Shown one piece after another: positions 1 through 7,028 of a DNA stretch of 14,211 nucleotides. The stretch lies in NCBI RefSeq assembly GCF_000143415.4, contig NW_003314398.1, positions 197,527 to 211,737 of the forward strand. The letters run 5' to 3'. Under the pieces are notes generated by a model that was not told the origin of the DNA, did not search any database, and saw only the letters and a list, made by a program, of their open reading frames with translations. This DNA comes from Selaginella moellendorffii (taxonomy: Eukaryota > Plantae > Lycopodiophyta). Each line of letters begins with the position of its first letter. Position 1 is the stretch's first letter. Position numbers and translations under genes: made by a program.

Positions 1-584
1 CTCCTCTTCGGCTAAGGAGGAGAGGCATGCCATGCTTCGGCGTTAGAGTAAGGCGCAGCACAGGGCTGTGCTGGTAACTTGGCGATATCTCGAAGCTAAA
101 CCTGTGGAGGATCATGGCCAGCGCAACCTTGGCCTCCATGAGAGCCAATCCTTGGCCGAAGCAAACCCGGGAGAAATGCAAACGGGTGCTTGGAGGCGTT
201 GGCCACACCGTCAGCGAAGCGCTGTGGATTGAACTCGTTGGCATCTTCGCCCCACACTTCCTTGTCGTGGAGGATAGAGAGTATCGGCACGAGAACGCCG
301 GTTCCCTCTGGAACCATCAAGTTTCCCAGCTTCGTGTCCTCCATGGCCGTACGGACCAAGAACACGGCCGGTGGATACAGCCGCAGTGTCTCGTTGAGCA
401 CCATTCCCACCTGGAAGGAAACGAGAACAGTGAGAACGAGAGGAGAATAGCAAGACTTTGCTCACGATCTTCGGGAAGACTCCCAAACTTCCAGTACCTC
501 AGCTCGAGCACGCTCTTGCCAAGTCGGGTTTGTGGCGAGCAGCATCATCGCCCAAGTTATCAGCTTGGCTGTGGTTTCATGGCC
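1..584 (-). pseudogene. Cytochrome P450 (CYP72 clan) pseudogene fragment: part of exon 4 (466-584), intron (411-465) and exon 5 (1-410, runs off the window edge)
   Basis: Near-identical to 6983-7612. Retains GHETT, ETLRLYPP and NPQRF. A 17-nt deletion at ~168-171 removes PFSHGP of the heme motif and shifts frame, a ~24-nt deletion lies near 471, and homology stops abruptly at 584. Confidence 0.93.
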
Positions 585-1672
585 TAAAGCATCGTCGCCC
601 ACGTCACCATGTCCCGTCAAACAGCGACTTGGGAAACGCTGCCAGCGTGGCATTCCACGTCACCATGTGGCGCTCCGGCAAACAGGCCCACGAGGGGCAT
701 CGCGCGGATCACTGTCGCCGACGACACCACGTCCAGCGCGGGCATCCGACGGTAGAGATCCCCTGCCGCGTCAATCTGCAACACGCTGCGATCATCGTGT
801 GAGGTTTTTCTCTGGAATGGATTCGAACACGTGATACGCCTCTGCTAGATACCCCGCTTGGGCATAGAGAAGGGCATTCCAAGACACGGTGTTTTTCTGG
901 GGTATGCTATCAAAAAACGTTTTTGCTTGATCTACTAAGTGTATGCTCTGATCATCGCAGTGAAAGACACAACGTCCCACTCGGGCATATCATCAAACAG
1001 TATCTTCGCTTGATCGAAACCGCCACCCTCGGCATAAGCAGATATCATGCAGTTACGCGAGATCAAATCCCTCTTGGGCATCTCGTCAAACGTCAGCCGA
1101 GCGCCACGCAAATCCCCGGACTGGGCGCGCGCGCCCATCACGGCAGTCAAAGCGATTGGGTTCCAGGAGGGCATTCGATCCAGAAGCGCTTTCGCCTTCG
1201 TGGGTGTATGCCGCGAGCAGAGCATTCAGATCTCTCTCCGGCATCTCGTGGAAGATCTCCTCGGCCTTCGCGGCATGCCCCGCCCGGGCCAATGCCGCGA
1301 TCATCGCGTTCCAGGCGATGGAATCCCTCTCGGGCATTCGCAAGAAGAGCTCCTCCGCATCTTCGATTCGCCCCCTCTCGGCAAGCGCGCACGCCATGGC
1401 TGTCCACGACACAGGGCATCGACACAAACACGGCCTGCGCGCCATCGAGATCGTGCCGCGCGTAGGCGCGCATCATCAGCACCCACGAGAAGGCATCCTT
1501 GCAGGGCATGGCGTCGAAGATCGCTCGCGCCTCGCGCACGCTCCCGCAGCGCCCATACATCTCCAAAGGTGTCAGTGGCGGCGAGCTCCTGGAATGCGGC
1601 GTGGAGCTCCCGGGCCCTGGAGAGATCGTTGCAGCTCTGGCTCAAGCCCACGCATTGACCTCGATCGAGCAT
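585..1672 (-). pseudogene. PLS/SS-type PPR pseudogene, copy 1
   Basis: PPR motifs are scattered over frames: MLDRGQCVGL..., EMYGRCGSVREARAIFDAMPCKDAFSW, MPERDSIAWNAMIAALARAGH, MPKRDLISRNCMISAYAEGG, IPQKNTVSWNALL, LYRRMPALDVVS, LPERHMVTWNATLAAF, RDMVTWATML (ends at 585). Many short deletions and frameshifts. Confidence 0.9.
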
Positions 1673-1804
1673 AGGATAGGAAGCGTGCTCGGATCATGAC
1701 AAAGAAAACCACATCTTTCGAGGCATTGAAAGAAAGAAATCCCGTGATCCAATCGATTCAAAGAGAATATAATTGTTTAAGGAGAATGGAAGAACACACT
1801 CTTG

Positions 1805-1939
1805 TTATGGCTTCGTGACGGGAGGGGTCTTCGTTGGAGGCCCATACTCGTCGGCAAACCGGCTCTCCACCTTCTGGATGACAATTGAGAGTAGAATCAA
1901 AATCACAACTTGAAGAGCGTATTGCCAAACCCGTTGCAT
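1805..1939 (-). CDS. Small secreted Pro-rich peptide precursor A (44 aa): MQRVWQYALQVVILILLSIVIQKVES|RFADEYGPPTKTPPVTKP
   Basis: ATG in ACAATG context ~42 nt below a TATATAT. Basic N-terminus, hydrophobic core and a V-E-S (-3/-1) cleavage site. The paralog at 4399-4533 has the same length and Pro spacing. Confidence 0.72.
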   Translation of the reverse strand: MQRVWQYALQVVILILLSIVIQKVESRFADEYGPPTKTPPVTKP

Positions 1940-1980
1940 TGTGTTCGTGCATGATCTTTTCTCGTGTGCATGATCAAAAC

Positions 1981-2062
1981 ATATATACCAAACAGCAGCT
2001 TGACTAAAAGTCTCGTGTCCTACAAAGTCGTGCTTCACTTTTGACTGTTCGAACGAGGTCAA
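1981..2062 (-). promoter_or_regulatory. Putative promoter of peptide A: TATA box plus three W-boxes
   Basis: TATATAT on the minus strand (1981-1987); TTGACT at 2000-2005 and 2041-2046; GGTCAA (TTGACC on minus) at 2057-2062. Confidence 0.6.
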
Positions 2063-2214
2063 ACTGGAGTTCATTTAGCAACTTCCATTGTGACAATTTT
2101 CACGTTTTAAAGGAGCCGATGCTTACAATGTGATCCTACGGCAAAGAACGATTCAAAGAGAATAACATGTTTTGGAGATAAAAAGAACAAGAACCAACAC
2201 ATAAAGCATTATTG

Positions 2215-2327
2215 TCATGGGCTCATCTTGGGAGGGGTTTGTAGATTTCGAATTAGATTCCTGGCTCTTGACCTTCTGAATGACAAATGAAAATGCTATA
2301 ATCACGACAAGAGCGTATCGCTTCCAA
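2215..2327 (-). pseudogene. Peptide family copy B (pseudogene)
   Basis: TTG at the homologous start position and an 8-nt deletion after codon 2 relative to B'. The signal-like RYALVVIIAFSFVIQKVKS|QESNSK is followed by a frameshift to the homologous end LQTPPKMSP-stop. Confidence 0.7.
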
Positions 2328-2519
2328 TGTTTGCTTGCATTATTCTTTCTTGTATGATCAAAACATGTATACAAGAGTAGAACAGCTTGCCTGGAAGTCT
2401 CTTGTTCTACAAATGCATGCTTCACTTTGATTTTTCTTCTGAGGTCAAACTGGAGTACATTCAGTGGCTTCCACTTTGTGACAGATTTCCTCGTATTTAA
2501 AGGAGCCCATGCTCACATT

Positions 2520-2566
2520 CAGATTAGAAATGGCTCCAATGGATATTTTCTGTCTTGGAATATCGC
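2520..2566 (+). pseudogene. Relic of the extreme 5' part of the plus-strand PPR gene
   Basis: cagattagaaatggctccaatggatattttctgtcttggaatatcgc aligns with 5073-5119 (NGSNGYFLSWNIA vs NGSDADCLSRNIA); homology then stops. Confidence 0.7.
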
Positions 2567-3740
2567 AGGGCCCTGCTTGTGTGGGGTTGTGATGGATTCG
2601 ATTTAGATCTCATTGAATATTTATACGTATGATCATATGGCTTTTCCCCATAAAAATAAATTTCCAAAAGGGTAATTAATAAAGGGTGGTAATTAGTGAT
2701 TCCTTTAGGGGCTTTCCCTATGGGGGTTTTTGTTGTAGGCGACAATGATCTACATTCCCCCATCTGCACACTATTGCAAGTGCCATTAGTAGTGTTGCCA
2801 CATAAGTGTCTAGGGTGGAGTGGCAAGTCTGAGAGTTTGAGTTGAGAGCAGGGTAGTATAGCCACAGCTAAGGAGCAACTCAACTAGCCCAACATAGTTT
2901 TGCTATAGTTTTGTGAAGTGAGGGTTGAGAGCTTAGGTGCAATGAAAGGAGTACTGGAGTGAGGAGTGAGACAAGCAATAGAGAGTGAAGGCATAAGTAG
3001 TGAGCATTAGGAGAGTGCAAGCAAGTTAGTGAGTGTATATTTTTAGTATTGATGAATTTTCTTTTAAGTTAAGCTCCCTTGGAGTATAAAGTGTAGAGCT
3101 CACTGCAGTTCTTGTTCAAGATCTTGTGCACGATAATAAACTTTAATTTCTTATAAAACTAAATTGCAAAGGGATGTATTCTTTAAAGCATGACAATAAT
3201 GGCAATGCAAAAATGCTAAAGAAAAAATCCTCCTACAATACATTCAAGTACTTTTGCTCTCTAATGTAGCTTTAATTAGCTCTTGCAAATGCACAAGAAA
3301 CAACCAATTAACTTCAAAGTATCCCAAATGAAAAAGATGTTTGTAGAGGTAGTGAAGGACAACATAATAATATATAAGGTCAAGCTATCAACACCACTTT
3401 AGAATGGGTGAAAAAGGAAGAGGATGATAAAGATGTTAAGACTTTGGGTGGAGCTTACTTTTCTTCTCAAGAATTTTAAAATTTTCTAATTTATAATTAA
3501 TTTATTTGCAATTTACAGATATATCACTCCTTGTCAACAAAAAACATATTGCATTTAAGTGTGATAAAGAAAAATATGCCACCTGAAGTATCTCTTTACT
3601 ACACTCTACTAGCATACTTATAGTAATTTAAATAAAATGTAACTTATATTAATTTAATAAAATTTGCTTGGAAAAATAATTTTATTTACCCATGATGAGC
3701 TGCGTGAAACAACGAAACAAATCTTTGTAGATCCTCACCA
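2567..3740. mobile_element. AT-rich, CpG-poor insert, probably TE-derived (about 2730-3160 is LTR-like)
   Basis: Interrupts the duplicated cassette at both ends. Composition differs sharply from the flanking genes, with a purine-skewed tract followed by AATAAA. No TSD or coding domain identified. Confidence 0.4.
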
Positions 3741-4244
3741 TGGGTGTATGCCGCGAACAGAGCATTCCAGGATGCCAGATCTCTCTCCGGCATCTCGTGG
3801 AAGATCTCCTCGGCCTTCGCGGCATGCCCCGCGGGCAAATGCCGCGATCATCGCGTTCCAGGCGATGGAATCCCTCTCGGGCATTTGCAAGAAGAGCTCC
3901 TCCGCATCCTCGATTCGCCCCCTCTCGGCAAGCGCGCACAGCATAGCTGTCCACGACACAAGATTCTTGCAGGGCATCGACATAAACACGGTTTGCGCGC
4001 TGTCGAGATCCCCGTGCCGAGCGTAGGCGCGCATCATCAGCACCCACGAGAAGGCATCCTTGCAGGGCATGGCGTCGAAGATTGCTCGCGCCTCGCGCCC
4101 ATACATCTCGAAGATCTTGTTGGGCACGAAGGTGTCAGTGGCGACGGCCGTGGTGAGCTCCAGGAATGCGGCGTGGAGCTCCCGGGCCCTGGAGAGATCG
4201 TTGCAGCTCTGGATCAAGCCCACGCACTGAGCTCGATCGAGCAT
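3741..4244 (-). pseudogene. PLS/SS-type PPR pseudogene, copy 2 (3'-truncated)
   Basis: Paralog of 1201-1672: MLDRAQCVGLIQSC...MPCKNLVSWTAMLCALAERG...MPERDSIAWNAM. Carries a 15-nt deletion (CGSVR), a 2-nt frameshift near 3832, and is cut at 3741. Confidence 0.9.
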
Positions 4245-4398
4245 AGGATAGCAAGCGTGCTCTGATCATGACAAAGAAAACCTTCCCTCCCTGCGATTAG
4301 TAACAGAAATATATTACATGAAGTCGGGGTAGATAGATGATCCAAGATAATAACTTGTTGGGAAGAAGAAAATAAGAACAATTTTAGAGCCATTCATG

Positions 4399-4533
4399 TC
4401 ACGGTCTCATTTCGGGAGGGGGCTTGATTGGAGGCCTCAAACCCGGATCAGGTTCGCAGTCAACCTTTTGGATGACAATAGCGAAGACAATGAAAATCAC
4501 AACTTGAAGAGCGTATTGCCAAACCCATCGCAT
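4399..4533 (-). CDS. Small secreted Pro-rich peptide precursor A' (44 aa): MRWVWQYALQVVIFIVFAIVIQKVDC|EPDPGLRPPIKPPPEMRP
   Basis: Same architecture as 1805-1939 (offset 2594): ACAATG start, hydrophobic core, V-D-C cleavage site and an 18-aa mature part sharing PPxKxPPxx[KR]P. Confidence 0.72.
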   Translation of the reverse strand: MRWVWQYALQVVIFIVFAIVIQKVDCEPDPGLRPPIKPPPEMRP

Positions 4534-4574
4534 TGTGTTCTTGAAATGATTTTTCTTGTGTGCATACTCAAAAC

Positions 4575-4656
4575 ATATATACCAAACAGCAGCTTGACTA
4601 AAAATCTCGTGTCCTACAAAGTCGTGTTTCACTTTTGACTGTTCGAACGAGGTCAA
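4575..4656 (-). promoter_or_regulatory. Putative promoter of peptide A': TATA box plus three W-boxes
   Basis: TATATAT on the minus strand (4575-4581); TTGACT at 4594-4599 and 4635-4640; GGTCAA at 4651-4656. Confidence 0.6.
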
Positions 4657-4783
4657 ACTGGAGTTCATTTAGCAGCTTCCAGGGCTCCCTTGTGAGAATT
4701 TTCACATTTTAAAGGACCCGATGCTCACAATGCGATCCTACGGCAAAGAACGATCCAAAGATCCAAAGCGAATAAAATTACTG

Positions 4784-4897
4784 TCATGGGCTCAGGGCCT
4801 AAAATTTCGAATTAGACTCCTGGCCCTCGACCTTATGAATGACAAATGAAAATACTATGAAAATCACAACAAGAGCATATCGCCAAACGGATTCCAA
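4784..4897 (-). pseudogene. Peptide family copy B' (probable pseudogene)
   Basis: Reads TTG-ESVWRYALVVIFIVFSFVIHKVEG|QESNSKF-stop-ALSP-stop. TTG replaces ATG, there is a premature TAG at 4799-4801, and the homologous terminal AGC CCA TGA is retained. Confidence 0.7.
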
Positions 4898-5153
4898 TGC
4901 ATGATTCTTTCAAACTCTATATATACAAACAAGCACTCAACGTCACGTGATCTACAAAGTCGTGGTTCACTCTGACTTTAATACTTTGCAGTCAAAAATT
5001 TCGAATGAGGTCAAACTGGAGTTCATCCAGCAGATTCCATTGTCACGTTTTGAAAGAGCCCATTCTCACAATCAGATTAGAAATGGCTCTGATGCAGATT
5101 GTCTCTCCCGGAACATCGCCATTTGCCGGCATTGCAAGGAGGGCCGGATCCAA

Positions 5154-7028
5154 ATGGCTAAACAGCTCTTCGATGCAATGCCAGTCCAGAACCTGGTGGC
5201 AGCAACCGCGCTCCTGGATGCATATGCCCGTGTGGGGCATTTGGACTGCGCTCGGGGAATCGTCAGTCAAATGCCTGTGATGGATTCGGTGTCATCCATT
5301 ACCATCATCACAGCGTACGCGAGATCAGGCAATTTCAAAGCAGCGGCAATGGGTTTTGAAGAAATGCCACACAAGGATATCGTTTCCTGGAACTGTTTGC
5401 TTGCTGCGCATGCCCTGGCAGGGCATTTGAAGGACGCTCTTAAGATTTTTTACGCGATGCCGCTGTGGAATCTAGTTTCCTGGACTTCAATGCTTGTTTG
5501 TCATGCACGAAACAATAATTTGGTCGAAGCTTGGAGTCTTTTCTGCTTGATGCCTGAGAGGGACTTCATTTGCTGGAGCTCCATGCTTTCTGCTTATGCC
5601 ATCAATGGGCATATTCCTGAAGCCGAGAGCATCTGTTCCCAGATGCCCCTCACGAACTTGGTCTCGCAGACGGCTCTTCTTAGCATGTACGCGCAGTACG
5701 GAAATCTGGAGAAAGCAAAGAAAACGTTTGATACTATACCCGAGCACAACATTGTTTCGTGGACTTCGATGCTCTTGGCATATTCCCAACACGGGCATAT
5801 TGACTTGGCCATTGGAATCTTTCACGCGATGCCAGAATCCAACCTTTTCTCTTGTAACTCGTTACTGTCGGCAGTTTCGTCCAGCGGCGACGTGGCAATG
5901 GCGAAACAAGTATTCGATGACATGCCTGAGTGGGACTTGGTATCTTACAATGCCCTTCTTGCGGCATATGCTCAGAACGGGCATATGATATTTGCTATTG
6001 GGATATTCTCTACCATGCCACAGAGGGATCTCGCTTCTTTTACTTGTGTGCTAGCAGCATACGCGGATGCTGGGAATCTACAAGAAGCTGAGCGGATCTT
6101 TACTAGAATGCCGATATGGGATGTTGTGGCGTGTGGTGCTATGTTGTCCGCATATGCCAGTTCGTGGCATCTGGAAGATACTAAACGCCTGTTTGAATCG
6201 ATGTTGCAAAGGAATCTGGTTTCATGGACTACCATGATCACAGCGTATGCCCAGTATGGACATATTGAAGAATCTAAAAACATGTTTGATAGTATGCCGG
6301 AGAGGAATTTGGTGGCATGGAATGCCATGCTTGTAGCATATGCCCAGCTAGGGGACGCTGACATGTCACGCCACCTTTTCCAGCAGATGCCTCAACGGGA
6401 TGTCATCTCTTGGAACTCCCTTCTCTTTGCGCATGCCAACACAGGGAACGTTCCATGCACTGAAAAGATGCTTGCTCGCCTTCCAGAAGAGAACCTCACG
6501 TCTTGGAATGCCTGGATATCGGCGCTGTGTCACAATGGCTACTCGACGAAGGCCTTGGATGCGTTTAGCAGGCTCCGGCTGTGCCATCTCCCCGACGGGA
6601 CGAGCTTCGTTACAATGCTCATAGCGTGCAAGCACGAAGGCAAGCTACGTGCCGGGAGATCTTTCTTCGTTTCCATGGCAATGGACTATGGCTTGCAGTT
6701 CCAGAGGCAGCACTACTGCTGCATGGTCGATCTCCTGGCGAGGGGTGGCTACTTGGAGGACGCGGAGGACCTGATCGCCAACATGCCCTTTGTGCCCGAG
6801 CCCAGGGAGTGGCTATGCCTCCTCGGATCTTGCCGCTCGCACAGAGATGTAGATCGGGAAGCAAATGCCGCGGAGCATGCTTTTGCACTTGATCCAAACT
6901 GTGGAGCAAGTTACACACTGGTTGCCAACATTTTACAAGTCCCAAGCATAAAGTTACCAGTTGCGTCGTCAACTTTCTTACACTCCTCTTCGGCTAAGGA
7001 GGAGAGGCATGCCATGCTTCGGCGTTAG
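5154..7028 (+). CDS. Intronless PLS-class PPR protein (SS-motif array, P2-L2-S2, E1 and truncated E2, no DYW); putative organellar C-to-U editing specificity factor
   Basis: About 15 tandem 31-aa motifs (e.g. NLVSWTTMITAYAQYGHIEESKNMFDSMPER), then PDGTSFVTMLIACKHEG, HYCCMVDLLARGG, WLCLLGSCRSH and ASYTLVANI. The first in-frame ATG is 5154; the true start is uncertain. Confidence 0.9.
   Translation: MAKQLFDAMPVQNLVAATALLDAYARVGHLDCARGIVSQMPVMDSVSSITIITAYARSGNFKAAAMGFEEMPHKDIVSWNCLLAAHALAGHLKDALKIFYAMPLWNLVSWTSMLVCHARNNNLVEAWSLFCLMPERDFICWSSMLSAYAINGHIPEAESICSQMPLTNLVSQTALLSMYAQYGNLEKAKKTFDTIPEHNIVSWTSMLLAYSQHGHIDLAIGIFHAMPESNLFSCNSLLSAVSSSGDVAMAKQVFDDMPEWDLVSYNALLAAYAQNGHMIFAIGIFSTMPQRDLASFTCVLAAYADAGNLQEAERIFTRMPIWDVVACGAMLSAYASSWHLEDTKRLFESMLQRNLVSWTTMITAYAQYGHIEESKNMFDSMPERNLVAWNAMLVAYAQLGDADMSRHLFQQMPQRDVISWNSLLFAHANTGNVPCTEKMLARLPEENLTSWNAWISALCHNGYSTKALDAFSRLRLCHLPDGTSFVTMLIACKHEGKLRAGRSFFVSMAMDYGLQFQRQHYCCMVDLLARGGYLEDAEDLIANMPFVPEPREWLCLLGSCRSHRDVDREANAAEHAFALDPNCGASYTLVANILQVPSIKLPVASSTFLHSSSAKEERHAMLRR

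Larger units (their letters stand above)
1201..2566. repeat. Direct segmental duplication, copy 1 (PPR pseudogene 5' part, peptide A, peptide B, PPR+ 5' relic); copy 2 is 3741-5119
   Basis: Collinear matches: tgggtgtatgccgcg at 1201 and 3741; atcctacggcaaagaacgat at ~2133 and ~4735; cagattagaaatggctc at 2520 and 5073. Confidence 0.92.
3741..5119. repeat. Direct segmental duplication, copy 2
   Basis: Matches 1201-2566. The internal peptide unit motif gaggtcaaactggagt(t/a)cat occurs four times (~2055, 2441, 4649, 5007). Confidence 0.92.

Noticed and set aside
923-1699. Long plus-strand ORFs (also 114-587, 3664-4265, 7050-7960, 8883-9769, 10561-11183)
   Set aside because: Antisense shadows of GC-rich PPR and P450 coding sequence with no recognisable domains.
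1805-2074. 89-aa versions of the peptide ORFs starting MNSSLTSF (also 4399-4668)
   Set aside because: The extension runs through the TATA and W-box region, is closed by stops in B and B', and would bury the signal peptide. The internal ACAATG start is preferred, but the long form is not excluded without TSS data.
2153-2425. 90-aa two-hydrophobic-segment ORF
   Set aside because: GTG start; it is the frameshifted read-through of pseudogene B into a T-rich 3' flank.
2731-3240. Possible solo LTR bounded by TGTTGTAGG...CCTACAATA
   Set aside because: Imperfect inverted ends and no matching target-site duplication, so boundaries cannot be supported.
3330-3480. Short coding-like stretch (LEWVKKEEDDKDVKTLGG) in the insert
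   Set aside because: Too short and stop-interrupted to assign to any transposase or gene by eye.
2055-5026. Recurring 20-nt motif gaggtcaaactggagttcat as a CRISPR-like repeat
   Set aside because: Spacing is hundreds of nt to kb and the intervening sequences are homologous; it is the conserved promoter of duplicated peptide units in a eukaryote.
4947-5153. N-terminal extension of the 693-aa PPR ORF
   Set aside because: Starts at GTG and up to ~5080 is the antisense of the peptide-unit promoter repeat; not a credible eukaryotic start.
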